Translations under genes and position numbers: made by a program
Part shown: positions 32,894 through 43,616 of the stretch, one piece after another
Position numbering within the stretch: the stretch's first letter is position 1
Layout: each line of letters starts with the position of its first letter
From: Gammaproteobacteria bacterium
GTDB lineage: Bacteria > Pseudomonadota > Gammaproteobacteria > GCA-001735895
Assembly: GCA_050298595.1 (NCBI GenBank)
Contig: JBNKUM010000089.1
Coordinates: 1-64,000, forward strand
Length of the DNA stretch: 64,000 nt
Direction: 5' to 3'
The notes under the pieces: model-generated
What the model saw: only the letters and a program-made list of their open reading frames with translations
Told to the model about the DNA's origin: nothing
Databases searched by the model: none

Positions 32894-33685
32894 TTAATTT
32901 ACGTAATGATCTTGCTTGGCATCTCTGCGCAGCACTTCTCCGGCAAGTGCCAGATAAGCCATAGAACCACGAGAGTGCTTATCGTACTGCAGGATTGGCA
33001 GCCCAAAACTTGGGGCTTCTGCGAGTCTTACATTACGCGGGATCACCGTTCTGTACACCTGATCCCCAAAATGCTCGATCAACTCACTGGATACATCATT
33101 AGATAGATTATTTCGAGGGTCATACATGGTACGCAACAGGCCCTCCAGCTTGATTTGCGGATTCACACTGATGCGAATTTGCTCAATGGTATCCAGCAAT
33201 GAACTCAAACCTTCCAGCGCATAGTATTCACATTGCATGGGTATCACCACACCATTGGCTGCAACCAGAGCGTTTACGGTAAGCATATTCAATGAGGGCG
33301 GACAATCGATCAGAATATAATCATATTCCCCACGCACCTTCTCAAGGGCTAGATCAAGCTGTCGCTCACGACCGATTTTGTTCATCAACTGTACTTCGGC
33401 AGCAGTAAGATCCGCATTGGCAGGCAGCAGGTCGTAACCAGACTCAGGGGTCTTTACCACAGTTTCCTGTATCGTTTTCTCGCCAAGCAACACATCACAG
33501 ACCGTACTTTTCAGGTCATTTTTATCGATCCCACTACCCATGGTGGCATTACCCTGTGGGTCCATATCGACTAGCAGCACCCTGCGTCGAGTAGCCGACA
33601 ATGAAGCGGCCAGATTGACACAGGTGGTAGTCTTACCTACTCCACCTTTCTGATTGGCTATGGTTATAGTTTTGGTTTTGGTCAT
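32894..33685 (-). CDS. parA: ParA/Soj ATPase
   Basis: NQKGGVGKTT, DPQGNAT, IDCPP, IPRNVRLAEAP. Confidence 0.96.
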   Translation of the reverse strand: MTKTKTITIANQKGGVGKTTTCVNLAASLSATRRRVLLVDMDPQGNATMGSGIDKNDLKSTVCDVLLGEKTIQETVVKTPESGYDLLPANADLTAAEVQLMNKIGRERQLDLALEKVRGEYDYILIDCPPSLNMLTVNALVAANGVVIPMQCEYYALEGLSSLLDTIEQIRISVNPQIKLEGLLRTMYDPRNNLSNDVSSELIEHFGDQVYRTVIPRNVRLAEAPSFGLPILQYDKHSRGSMAYLALAGEVLRRDAKQDHYVN

Positions 33686-34311
33686 AATTCCTGTCGTTTA
33701 ATTGTGACCAGGCTGCGGCTTTCGCTGATTCCCGGTACCTGTAGCGGCAATATTTCAAGGTCAAACTTTGTATCGTCTAACGCTCGTCGCTCTACTGCGG
33801 TCAATTCTGTTTTCATACTCATCAGCCGTGTACCCGACTGCCACAAATGGTCTACAGAATCGACAAAATCAGCGATAGCCGCATAAGCACGACTGACGAT
33901 GACATCAAAATGAGACTCGGCATGATAATCCTCAACTCGAGACTGCACAACTTTAACATTGGATAAACGACAGGATGCAATGACCTGCTGTATAAAACGG
34001 GTTTTTTTTCCATTGCTATCGAGCAATACCCAATGAGTCTCTGGCAACAGGATCGCGAGCGGAATACCCGGCAGGCCGGCACCACTGCCTACATCCAGGC
34101 AGTGCGCCTTATCAGGAATCTGTTGCGCAATCGAGAGGCTATCCAATACATGGTAAGCCAGCATTTTTTGTTTACCATTGATTGCGGTCAGGTTATACAC
34201 CTTATTCCACTTATCCAGCAGATCGATATAGTGCAACAGATTGTCTGCCTGTGATGCATCACAGCTCAGTCCGAGATCGGCCAATCCACATTCCAAAGCC
34301 TGATTACTCAT
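33682..34311 (-). CDS. rsmG: 16S rRNA m7G527 methyltransferase
   Basis: WNKVYNLTA, DVGSGAGLPG, SRA. Confidence 0.95.
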   Translation of the reverse strand: MSNQALECGLADLGLSCDASQADNLLHYIDLLDKWNKVYNLTAINGKQKMLAYHVLDSLSIAQQIPDKAHCLDVGSGAGLPGIPLAILLPETHWVLLDSNGKKTRFIQQVIASCRLSNVKVVQSRVEDYHAESHFDVIVSRAYAAIADFVDSVDHLWQSGTRLMSMKTELTAVERRALDDTKFDLEILPLQVPGISESRSLVTIKRQEL

Positions 34312-36200
34312 CAGGCGCTTTTCTGCACCGAAGCAGGGAATCGTTTTAAATGTACCAGTAATAAAGAAATAGCCGCGGGAGTCACACCTGAAATCCTTCC
34401 CGCCTGCCCTATGGTAGCAGGACGTGCCTCCTGTAACTTCTGGCGCACCTCATTCGACAATCCCTTAACCAGAGCATAATCCAGTTCCATCGGCAATTCT
34501 GTAGATTCGTGCTTAACAGCCTTATTGATTTCATCCTGCTGACGCGACAGATATCCGGCGTATTTGGCATTGATCTCAGCCTGCTCAAGCACACGCTCAG
34601 AAAATAACTTTTCTGGCCTGATATGCTGAGCCACATCTCCGATCAAAATCTCAGGACGCCTTAACATTTCGGACAGGCGATACTCATGTGTAATAGGCTT
34701 GGGCAACAGTTTATTCAACTCGGCCTCAGCTGCATCGCCAGGACGTACCCAGTTATCAGTCAGCGCTTGATTCAATTGCTCAAGCTGCTCACGATATTCA
34801 TTAAAGGCCTGCCAACGCGCATCATCTACCAGCCCCAGATCTCGACCAATCTGTGTAAGGCGCAGATCGGCATTATCCTCGCGCAACATCAGACGGTATT
34901 CGGCGCGACTGGTAAACATGCGATAGGGTTCGCTGGTACCGCGTGTAATCAGGTCATCGATAAGCACACCGATATAAGCCTCAGATCGTGACAGATTTAA
35001 CGGATCTTTACCCAAAACCGACGCGGCTGCATTGGCTCCCGCCACCAGGCCCTGCGCAGCAGCCTCTTCATAGCCTGTCGTGCCATTGATCTGTCCGGCA
35101 AAATATAGGCCTTCAAAGAAACGTGTTTGCAGGTCGGGACGTAAATCGCGTGGATCGAAATAATCATATTCAATCGCATAGCCGGGACGCATGATATGGG
35201 CTTTTTCAAAGCCGGGAATACTATGGATCAAACGCTCCTGGATATCGTAGGGCAGACTGGTAGAGATTCCATTCGGGTAAACCTCGGTCAGTTTCAACCC
35301 TTCAGGCTCAACAAAAATCTGGTGCGATGTTTTATCTGCAAAACGCACCACCTTATCTTCGATAGATGGGCAATATCTTGGCCCGGTACCTTCTATAACG
35401 CCGGAAAATAAAGGGGAGCGATCCAGACCACTGCGAATAATGTCGTGAGTTTCCTCGGAGGTATAAGTGATGTGACAACTCACCTGACGCGGATGCAGAT
35501 CCACCGAACCCATGGTGGAAAATACAGGCAGAGGGTCATCGCCTGGCTGTTCATCCATTTTAGAATAATCCAGCGTGCGACTATCCAGTCGTGCTGGGGT
35601 ACCGGTTTTCAGGCGATCGATACGAAACTCGCGTTCACGTAATCGAAGCGCGAGGCTAGTAGCCGGTGGATCACCCGCGCGACCACCACTGTAATTAGCC
35701 TGTCCGATATGAATCTTGCCCGCCAGAAAGGTGCCTACCGTTAGCACCACCCGTTCGGCATAAAAATCCAGCCCCATCTCGGTTCTAACGCCTTCGATAC
35801 GACCGTTATTCTCGATCAAATCGGTTACCGGCTGCTGGAACAGCAATAGATTAGGCTGGTTTTCCAGCGTTTCTCGGATCGCCTCGCGATAAAGCTGACG
35901 GTCGGCCTGAGCACGCGTGGCGCGCACTGCTGGACCTTTGCGTCGATTCAATATACGAAACTGAATCCCTGAACGGTCGGCTGCCAGTGCCATCGCACCA
36001 CCCAGTGCATCAACCTCTTTTACCAGATGCCCTTTTCCAATGCCGCCAATCGCGGGGTTGCAGCTCATCTGACCTAGCGTTTCCATATTATGTGTCAGCA
36101 GCAGGGTTTTCACACCCATACGCGCAGCAGCCAGCGCCGCTTCGGTACCAGCGTGCCCACCACCCACAACAATGACATCAAATCGACGGGAATATTTCAT
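34311..36200 (-). CDS. mnmG: tRNA uridine-5-carboxymethylaminomethyl modification enzyme
   Basis: [37 protein letters not shown]; start at 36200 or 36206. Confidence 0.98.
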   Translation of the reverse strand: MKYSRRFDVIVVGGGHAGTEAALAAARMGVKTLLLTHNMETLGQMSCNPAIGGIGKGHLVKEVDALGGAMALAADRSGIQFRILNRRKGPAVRATRAQADRQLYREAIRETLENQPNLLLFQQPVTDLIENNGRIEGVRTEMGLDFYAERVVLTVGTFLAGKIHIGQANYSGGRAGDPPATSLALRLREREFRIDRLKTGTPARLDSRTLDYSKMDEQPGDDPLPVFSTMGSVDLHPRQVSCHITYTSEETHDIIRSGLDRSPLFSGVIEGTGPRYCPSIEDKVVRFADKTSHQIFVEPEGLKLTEVYPNGISTSLPYDIQERLIHSIPGFEKAHIMRPGYAIEYDYFDPRDLRPDLQTRFFEGLYFAGQINGTTGYEEAAAQGLVAGANAAASVLGKDPLNLSRSEAYIGVLIDDLITRGTSEPYRMFTSRAEYRLMLREDNADLRLTQIGRDLGLVDDARWQAFNEYREQLEQLNQALTDNWVRPGDAAEAELNKLLPKPITHEYRLSEMLRRPEILIGDVAQHIRPEKLFSERVLEQAEINAKYAGYLSRQQDEINKAVKHESTELPMELDYALVKGLSNEVRQKLQEARPATIGQAGRISGVTPAAISLLLVHLKRFPASVQKSA

Positions 36201-36413
36201 CCGCATAAGCCTGTAGAAAAATTTAACTGAGTATTTTAGTCGGTTTTTACCCGCGATTTCCAGTGATCGATTCAAGCTGTATCGATTACTTCACAATTGA
36301 CCTCTGGCAATTAATGCTTAATTAACCTGATAACCCTATGGTTACTATTTTTTTTTGCCTTTAGTATTCCTCAAAAATTCAATAAACATAATATATTGCA
36401 GAGGGTAATCATC

Positions 36414-37562
36414 ATGAAAATCAGCAGTAAGCAAATACTGGCAGTCACTACGGCATTGGCAATCACCGCACTGAGCAATATTGCCCTGGCCGCCGAAACC
36501 ATCAAAGTTGGGACTTTCCTGTCCGTCACCGGCCCCGCCTCTTTTCTGGGCGACCCTGAACTAAAAACCCTGCAGATGTATATTGAGGCGATCAATAAGT
36601 TCGGCGGCATTGATGGCAAAAAAGTTGAACTGGTACATTACGATACCGGTGGCAAGGCCAAGGAAGCCGTTAAATTCGCCAAACGCCTGATTCAGAAAGA
36701 TAAAGTCGATGTGATCGTTGGTGGCTCTACTTCTGGCACCAGTATCGCTGTAATGCCTCTGGTTGAGAAAAACAAGGTGCCTTTCATCTCACTGGCCGGC
36801 TCGGTGAAAATCATCAACCCAGTGAATAAGTGGGTATTCAAAACACCGCATACCGACCGTATGGCAGCCTCAAAAGTCTTTACCGATATGCAAAAACGCG
36901 GTATCAAAAAGATTGCCCTGATCTCTGGTAGTGGTGGCTTCGGTAAATCGGGCCGTGCGCAATCACTTACACTTGCCCCAGAATACGGACTGACCGTAGT
37001 GGCCGATGAATCATACGGCGCAAAGGATACCGATATGACCACCCAACTCACCAAGATACGCGACACCGATGCTGAAGCCATACTTAATTTTGGTTTTGGT
37101 TCTGGCCCGGCGATAGTCACCCGGAATATTCGTCAGCTCGGTATCACATTACCACTATATCAATCTCATGGTGTTGCCTCGAAAAAATTCATTGAACTGG
37201 CAGGTGATGCTGCTGAAGGCGTACGCCTGCCAGCGGCAGCATTATTAGTCGCGAACAATCTTAGTGATGACGATGAGCAAAAGAAAATTCTGATCGATTA
37301 TAAAAATCGCTTTGAAGCTGAACATGGATCGGTTTCCACATTTGGCGGCCATGCCTACGATGGCCTGTACATTGCACTGGAAGCAATCAATCGCGCCCAT
37401 TCAACCGATCCTGAGAAAGTTCGTTCTGAAATCGAAAAAACCACTCATTTTGTCGGTACTGGCGGGGTATTTAACATGTCTGCCAACGACCATATGGGCC
37501 TAGGTCTTGATGCTTTCAAAATGCTGGAAATCAAAAATGGTGACTGGACTATTGTTGACTAA
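36414..37562 (+). CDS. Liv/HAAT-family ABC substrate-binding protein (probably aromatic acid)
   Basis: Signal peptide, S.TGPAS.LG, IN..GGIDG; operon with paaK. Confidence 0.85.
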   Translation: MKISSKQILAVTTALAITALSNIALAAETIKVGTFLSVTGPASFLGDPELKTLQMYIEAINKFGGIDGKKVELVHYDTGGKAKEAVKFAKRLIQKDKVDVIVGGSTSGTSIAVMPLVEKNKVPFISLAGSVKIINPVNKWVFKTPHTDRMAASKVFTDMQKRGIKKIALISGSGGFGKSGRAQSLTLAPEYGLTVVADESYGAKDTDMTTQLTKIRDTDAEAILNFGFGSGPAIVTRNIRQLGITLPLYQSHGVASKKFIELAGDAAEGVRLPAAALLVANNLSDDDEQKKILIDYKNRFEAEHGSVSTFGGHAYDGLYIALEAINRAHSTDPEKVRSEIEKTTHFVGTGGVFNMSANDHMGLGLDAFKMLEIKNGDWTIVD

Positions 37563-37577
37563 TTTCTGAACTCAATC

Positions 37578-37601
37578 GGCGGCCCCTAAGGACCGCCTTT
37601 T
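37578..37601 (+). terminator. Hairpin after the substrate-binding protein gene
   Basis: GGCGG..CCGCC followed by a T-run. Confidence 0.55.
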
Positions 37602-37649
37602 TGATTTCATAGCCACTACCTCCCATCAACTCCAGTATTTGTGCAGTAA

Positions 37650-38531
37650 ATGTCTGACCAGATTCTTCAATTCCTTATTACAGGGCTGACAACAGGGGCC
37701 ATCTATGCCCTGGTTGCTCTGGGCTTTACCATCATCTATAACGCCTCCGATGTGGTGAATTTTGCCCAGGGTGAATTCGTCATGATGGGTGCCATGATGA
37801 CTATCTTCCTCAGCGCTGGGGATGATGGTTTACCACTTTTCTTAGCAGCTCCAATAGCTGTTATTTTCGTAATCGTCATCGGCATGATGCTGCAGCGATT
37901 TGCGATCAACATGGCGCGCGGCGCATCTGTCGTCACGACGATAATCATTACCATTGGCGCCTCTATCTTGCTGCGCGGTTTGGCTCTCGTACTATGGGGT
38001 AAAGATATCTTTGGCATGCCCCATTTTTCCGGAGAGCTACCCATCCATATTGGCAATGCTACTCTACTACCGCAGAATCTCTGGGTGATGGGCGGCACAG
38101 CGGTGATGGTGTTGGGTGTGCATTATTTCTTCCACCACACCATACACGGTAAAGCGATTCTAGCCTGCTCCTATAATCGCGATGCCGCCAGCCTGATGGG
38201 TATCAATATCCAGCTGATGTTACTGGTCGCTTATGGCCTGTCTGCATTACTGGGTGCCATGGCTGGCATTCTGGTGACCCCCATTTCTTTCACCTCTTAC
38301 GATGCCGGTGTCATGCTCGGTCTGAAAGGGTTTTCTGCCTCCATCCTTGGCGGCATGGGCAATCCGATGGGCGCTGTAGTCGGTGGACTGCTACTGGGCC
38401 TGGTTGAATCCCTGGCCTCTGGATTAATATCATCCAGCTATAAGGATGCGATTGGATTTGTCATTTTATTACTGGTGCTGTTTATCCGCCCCAGTGGCCT
38501 GATGGGCAAACGCTCATCAGAGAGGGTATAA
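37650..38531 (+). CDS. LivH-like ABC permease
   Basis: YALVALGF, VNFAQG, ILGGMG. Confidence 0.88.
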   Translation: MSDQILQFLITGLTTGAIYALVALGFTIIYNASDVVNFAQGEFVMMGAMMTIFLSAGDDGLPLFLAAPIAVIFVIVIGMMLQRFAINMARGASVVTTIIITIGASILLRGLALVLWGKDIFGMPHFSGELPIHIGNATLLPQNLWVMGGTAVMVLGVHYFFHHTIHGKAILACSYNRDAASLMGINIQLMLLVAYGLSALLGAMAGILVTPISFTSYDAGVMLGLKGFSASILGGMGNPMGAVVGGLLLGLVESLASGLISSSYKDAIGFVILLLVLFIRPSGLMGKRSSERV

Positions 38532-38534
38532 GCC

Positions 38535-39515
38535 ATGGAGCGTTTTCCCGCAGTGATTTTTCTGGCTCTGATACTGGCCGCCTTACCGTTTCTATTTCCT
38601 GACAACTATTTCGTCACGGTAGTGTTTACCAGCGCAGCATTGCATGCCACCCTCGCCATCAGTCTCAACCTGCTGATGGGTTACGCCGGTCAGATATCAC
38701 TGGGGCATGCGGCATTCTTTGGTATGGGCGCTTACAGCTCGGCCATACTGACTTCGCGTTATGAATGGAATGCCGTATTGGCGATCTTTGCCGGAATGCT
38801 ATTGACGGGCATCATCGCTTTCATCATAGCGCGCCCAATACTACGCCTAAAAGGCCATTATCTGGCGATGGCCACGCTGGGTTTCGGCATCATAATTTCT
38901 ATTATTCTGGTGCAGGCTGGTGATTTTACCGGCGGACCCGATGGCCTGGGAAACATTCCGCAACTGGTACTTTTCGGCCGGGTCGTGGAAACTGATTTTC
39001 ACTGGTACGTGATTATGTGCAGCGTTCTGGTCATAGTCATGTGGTTATCCAATAATCTGATCGATTCGCGCAATGGTCGCGCCTTACGCGCTTTACATGG
39101 ATCAGAAATCGCTGCTGAACTGATGGGGATTAACACAGCTGCTGTGAAGAGCTCAATCTTTGTACTTTCTGCACTTATCGCCTCCTTCGCAGGCAGTCTG
39201 TTTGCGCATCAACAATCCTTCATCAGTCCCGATTCTTTCAGCTTTTTCTTCTCCATAGAACTGGTCACTATGGTTGTGCTCGGCGGACTGGCCTCTACCT
39301 ATGGCGCAATCTTTGGGGCGGTAGTGCTTACCTTTCTGCCAGAGCTGCTGGTGGTATTCGAAGATTACGAGGTAATGGTATTCGGTGCGATCCTGATGAT
39401 TATCATGATCTTTATGCCGCAGGGCCTGTTCGTCACACTGCAAAAACAGCTGCTACGCCTGTACGCCAATTTAACAGGGCAAAGCAATATCAGGGAGGAG
39501 CAGACGGATGCTTAA
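38535..39515 (+). CDS. LivM-like ABC permease
   Basis: GYAGQISLGHAAF, RLKG.YLAMATL, VVLGG. Confidence 0.88.
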   Translation: MERFPAVIFLALILAALPFLFPDNYFVTVVFTSAALHATLAISLNLLMGYAGQISLGHAAFFGMGAYSSAILTSRYEWNAVLAIFAGMLLTGIIAFIIARPILRLKGHYLAMATLGFGIIISIILVQAGDFTGGPDGLGNIPQLVLFGRVVETDFHWYVIMCSVLVIVMWLSNNLIDSRNGRALRALHGSEIAAELMGINTAAVKSSIFVLSALIASFAGSLFAHQQSFISPDSFSFFFSIELVTMVVLGGLASTYGAIFGAVVLTFLPELLVVFEDYEVMVFGAILMIIMIFMPQGLFVTLQKQLLRLYANLTGQSNIREEQTDA

Positions 39516-40299
39516 GGTATGTGGCCTGCTAAAATCCTTCGGCGGAGTTACGGCTATTGCCGATCTGGATTTTGATGTCCCGGAAGGCATCGTCTACTCT
39601 GTTATCGGTCCCAACGGTGCTGGCAAAACCACGCTATTTAATATGCTATCGGGTATTTACGTTCCCGACGAAGGAAGCATCTCGCTGATGGGCCGTGACA
39701 TAGTTGGTATGCCTCCCTATAAAATCGCCCGCTGTGGGGTTTCTCGTACCTTCCAGAACCTGCAAATATTCTTCAATATGAGCGTGCTGGAAAATGTACT
39801 GGTCGGTTGCCACCTACGCCTGAAAGGAAATTTCCTGTCCACCCTGTTGCGGCTGCCGATGAACATCGCCGAAGAAAAAAAAGCACGCGAGTGGGCTGAG
39901 CAGGCTATCCATTTTTGCGGGCTGGAGCAATACCTGACGAGTCAATCCGATGCACTTCCCTACGGGGTTTTAAAGCGCCTTGAAATTGCACGTTCATTAG
40001 CCATGAATCCCAGCCTGATCATGATGGACGAACCCGCTGCAGGGCTAAACGATACTGAGACCAGGGAAATGATAGACCTGATCCGACGCATTAGTTACCG
40101 CGGCATTACTGTATTACTGGTTGAGCATAATATGAATCTGGTGATGCAGGTTTCTGACCGCATCCTTGTACTTGATTATGGCAGCCGTCTAGCCGAAGGT
40201 AGTAGTGAAGAGATCCAGCGCAACCCTCAGGTCATCGCTGCTTACCTGGGCGAAGAAAATACTGATCATCATGTCGGTGGTGTGCATTATGCAGTCTGA
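39508..40299 (+). CDS. LivG-like ABC ATPase
   Basis: GPNGAGKT, RTFQ, DEPAAG, AYLG. Confidence 0.9.
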   Translation: MLKVCGLLKSFGGVTAIADLDFDVPEGIVYSVIGPNGAGKTTLFNMLSGIYVPDEGSISLMGRDIVGMPPYKIARCGVSRTFQNLQIFFNMSVLENVLVGCHLRLKGNFLSTLLRLPMNIAEEKKAREWAEQAIHFCGLEQYLTSQSDALPYGVLKRLEIARSLAMNPSLIMMDEPAAGLNDTETREMIDLIRRISYRGITVLLVEHNMNLVMQVSDRILVLDYGSRLAEGSSEEIQRNPQVIAAYLGEENTDHHVGGVHYAV

Positions 40300-41038
40300 A
40301 CACCTCAACCAGCTAAGCGCTATTGATGACCTGCTCAGTATCAGCGATCTATGTAGCAGTTATGGCCCGGTGCAGGTACTGCACAGAATCTCATTGAATA
40401 TTAAAGCGGGTGAACTGGTGACCATTGTTGGTGCTAACGGAGCGGGTAAATCCACCCTGCTCCGAGCCCTCTCTGGCTTACAGAAATGCCACTCCGGAAA
40501 AGTGTTTTTTTCAGACACAGATTTAACCAATAAACCACCACACCACATTGTCAGGGCTGGCATCTGTCATGTTCCAGAAGGAAGACAGGTTTTTGCCCCC
40601 TTATGCGTAGATGACAATTTACGTCTGGGTGGTTACAGCCAGCGACAGGATGCGCAATGGCTGGAGTCTGAAATTGAACATATCTACAGCCTGTTCCCCA
40701 TCCTGCGCGAAAAATACAGGCAGGAAGCTGGCACCCTGTCTGGCGGTCAACAGCAAATGCTGGCAATAGGCCGCGCACTTCTCGGACGCCCAAGATTGTT
40801 ATTGCTGGATGAGCCCTCAATGGGACTGGCACCGCTACTGGTAGAAGAAATATTCCGCATCGTGCAGGAGCTGAATCAACAGGGTGTGACCATCCTTCTA
40901 GTTGAGCAGAATGCACGCATGGCACTCAAGGTAGCTGACAGGGGTTATGTACTGGAAACCGGACATATCATCACCAGTGCGCCAGCCGACGAGCTGCTCA
41001 ATGATGAAGCAGTGCGCAAGGCTTATCTCGGATACTAA
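40289..41038 (+). CDS. LivF-like ABC ATPase
   Basis: GANGAGKS, VPEGR, LSGGQQQML, DEPSMG. Confidence 0.9.
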   Translation: MQSEHLNQLSAIDDLLSISDLCSSYGPVQVLHRISLNIKAGELVTIVGANGAGKSTLLRALSGLQKCHSGKVFFSDTDLTNKPPHHIVRAGICHVPEGRQVFAPLCVDDNLRLGGYSQRQDAQWLESEIEHIYSLFPILREKYRQEAGTLSGGQQQMLAIGRALLGRPRLLLLDEPSMGLAPLLVEEIFRIVQELNQQGVTILLVEQNARMALKVADRGYVLETGHIITSAPADELLNDEAVRKAYLGY

Positions 41039-41062
41039 TTACAGCATGTTAGGAGACATAGT

Positions 41063-42181
41063 ATGTATATTGAACAGATCATGACACGCCATGTAGATAC
41101 TGTGACTGAGGATATGAAGCTTAGTCAGGCATCTCACCTGATGCAGCAAAAAGGTCGTCGCTTCATGCCTGTGGTGGATGAAAATAATCAACTACTAGGT
41201 CTACTCACCCGGGCTGAAATTATCCGCGCCGAACCTTCGGCTATCACTACCCTGTCGGTCGGTGAAGTCAATTACCTGATGTCCAAACTACGTGTGGCGA
41301 ATGTAATGGCCAAAGAGGTCATCACCTGCGGCCCGGACACGCTGGTTGAACAGGCTGGTCAAAAAATGCGCGACAAAAAGATAAGCTGCCTGCCAGTTGT
41401 AGATAAAGGTAAGCTCATTGGGATTATCACCGGGGTGGATATCATGGACTTTTTACTTGATATAACTGGTTGCAATCTAGCGGAAAGCACCCGCATCGCA
41501 CTCAATCTCAGCGATGAACGCGGCACTCTCGGACATTTACTGGATGACATCACAGCACTGGGTGGATATATCGCTACAGTTGTGTCTCCCTACAGCCGAG
41601 ATGATCAGGGCAAACGCACGGTCATCCTGCGCCTTACTGCGGAAAATCCACAGGCCATTATAAAATCCCTGAGCGAAAAGGGTTACGAGTTAATAACTAA
41701 CACTCCACCTGCTGAAGTCCCTACGACTCAAACTAAAGCGACATCTCATTCCAGCGACGAACCGGGGGCGCAACAGATTGCCGAGTTTATGCAACAGCAC
41801 GATAAGTTCGCCAAACTACTAGGCATTCAAATGATTGATGTAAAACCCGGCTACGCACAGACCCGCATGGTGGTGCGAGAAGACATGCTCAATTCAATCA
41901 ATATCACACACGGTGGCGCAACGTTTAGTCTCGCTGACTATACCTTTGCACTGGCTTCTAACTCACATGGCATGGTGTCTGTTGGACTGAATGCTCAGAT
42001 CAACTATACCTCACCATCAAACATAGGAGACATACTCACCGCCACCGCTACTGAAAACAAAATCAGCACACGCAGTGGACTGTATACCATCGAAATCAAG
42101 CGTAGTGATAACACCCTGATTGCACTATTTACCGGCACTGTGTTCCGGCGTAACGACTACATGCAACAGTGGATGAAGTGA
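41063..42181 (+). CDS. AcuB-like CBS-CBS-ACT module fused to a PaaI hotdog thioesterase
   Basis: CBS pair with [13 protein letters not shown] insert, ACT (D..G.L), Pro/Thr linker, then D.FA..LGI, N....[18 protein letters not shown]. Confidence 0.85.
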   Translation: MYIEQIMTRHVDTVTEDMKLSQASHLMQQKGRRFMPVVDENNQLLGLLTRAEIIRAEPSAITTLSVGEVNYLMSKLRVANVMAKEVITCGPDTLVEQAGQKMRDKKISCLPVVDKGKLIGIITGVDIMDFLLDITGCNLAESTRIALNLSDERGTLGHLLDDITALGGYIATVVSPYSRDDQGKRTVILRLTAENPQAIIKSLSEKGYELITNTPPAEVPTTQTKATSHSSDEPGAQQIAEFMQQHDKFAKLLGIQMIDVKPGYAQTRMVVREDMLNSINITHGGATFSLADYTFALASNSHGMVSVGLNAQINYTSPSNIGDILTATATENKISTRSGLYTIEIKRSDNTLIALFTGTVFRRNDYMQQWMK

Positions 42182-42221
42182 ACCCAATACAATATTAATC
42201 AGAACTGACAAGAGGAAATCA

Positions 42222-43526
42222 ATGATACTGCATACAGATATTGAAACCATGTCCAGGGAGCAACTGGAGGCACTCCAGTTGCAGCGTTTACAAAACACGG
42301 TTGAGCGTTGTTATGCCAATGTTAAAAGCTATCGTGATTCAATGGATGAAATCGGCTTTAAACTCGAGCATTTAAAAAGCCTGAAAGACCTTCGGCATCT
42401 TCCATTTACCGAAAAAGATCATCTACGCGCCAATTATCCATTTGGCTCTTTTGCCATACCGCGTGAACAGGCTGTTCGCTTACATGCTTCCTCTGGTACT
42501 ACCGGCAAACCCACCGTGGTTGGTTACTCCAGACGAGACATCGACACCTGGTCTGATCTGATGGCACGCTCCATTGCATCGGCTGGCCTGAAGCCGGGTA
42601 ACTGTTTTCATAATGCCTATGGATATGGTCTTTTTACCGGCGGACTTGGTTTTCATTATGGCGCTGAAAAACTCGGCTGCACGGTAACCCCCATATCTGG
42701 CGGGCAGACCCAGAAGCAGGTCATGCTACTGAATGACTTTGCCGCCGACGGGCTGGGATGTACGCCCTCCTACGCCTTGAATATCGCTGAAGAAGCAGAA
42801 AAAGAAGGTGTCGATTTTCGTCAGCTACCACTTAAGATTGGCATCTTTGGTGCCGAACCCTGGACCGAAGAAATGCGCAGTCAAATCGAATCCCGTCTTG
42901 GAATTGATGCGATCGACATTTACGGCCTGTCAGAAATCATGGGGCCAGGGGTGTCGGTGGAATGTATCGAAGCCAAGAACGGTCTGCATGTCTGGGAAGA
43001 TCATTTTTATGTGGAGATAGTCGACCCTGATACCGGAGAGCCATTGCCCTATGGTGAACAGGGCGAACTGGTGTTCACCTCACTCACCAAGGAAGCGTTT
43101 CCGATCCTGCGCTACCGTACCCGTGACATCTCCACTCTGGATGCCGCACCCTGTTCCTGTGGACGAACCCATGTACGTATGCAACGTATTACCGGGCGCT
43201 GTGATGACATGCTCATCATTCGCGGGATTAATGTGTATCCCTCTCAGATTGAATCGGTACTGGTGCGCTCGCAAACACTCAGCCCGTTTTACCAGATTGA
43301 GATCTTTCGTGAAGGCACTATGGATCAACTGCTGGTGAATGTTGAAGCTACCGCCCCACTTGCAGAACAGGGGGAAGAAGCCATGCAAAGAGTGGCTGCC
43401 CAGGTGATGCGCGATATCAAGGATTTTATCGGCGTATCCTGCAAGGTTGAAGTCAAGGGCATCGGCCAGGTACCTCGCTCTCAGGGCAAAGCAGTACGAG
43501 TCATTGACCATCGTCAAAAAATGTAG
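42222..43526 (+). CDS. paaK: Phenylacetate-CoA ligase
   Basis: [35 protein letters not shown]. Confidence 0.93.
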   Translation: MILHTDIETMSREQLEALQLQRLQNTVERCYANVKSYRDSMDEIGFKLEHLKSLKDLRHLPFTEKDHLRANYPFGSFAIPREQAVRLHASSGTTGKPTVVGYSRRDIDTWSDLMARSIASAGLKPGNCFHNAYGYGLFTGGLGFHYGAEKLGCTVTPISGGQTQKQVMLLNDFAADGLGCTPSYALNIAEEAEKEGVDFRQLPLKIGIFGAEPWTEEMRSQIESRLGIDAIDIYGLSEIMGPGVSVECIEAKNGLHVWEDHFYVEIVDPDTGEPLPYGEQGELVFTSLTKEAFPILRYRTRDISTLDAAPCSCGRTHVRMQRITGRCDDMLIIRGINVYPSQIESVLVRSQTLSPFYQIEIFREGTMDQLLVNVEATAPLAEQGEEAMQRVAAQVMRDIKDFIGVSCKVEVKGIGQVPRSQGKAVRVIDHRQKM

Positions 43527-43616
43527 CCTTAAAACTGACATTTATTAACCCCCATTTAGGCTTCCCTGCCATAATTGGGCGCAATTTTTTACTGTGATTT
43601 CTGTAAAGGTATTCAT

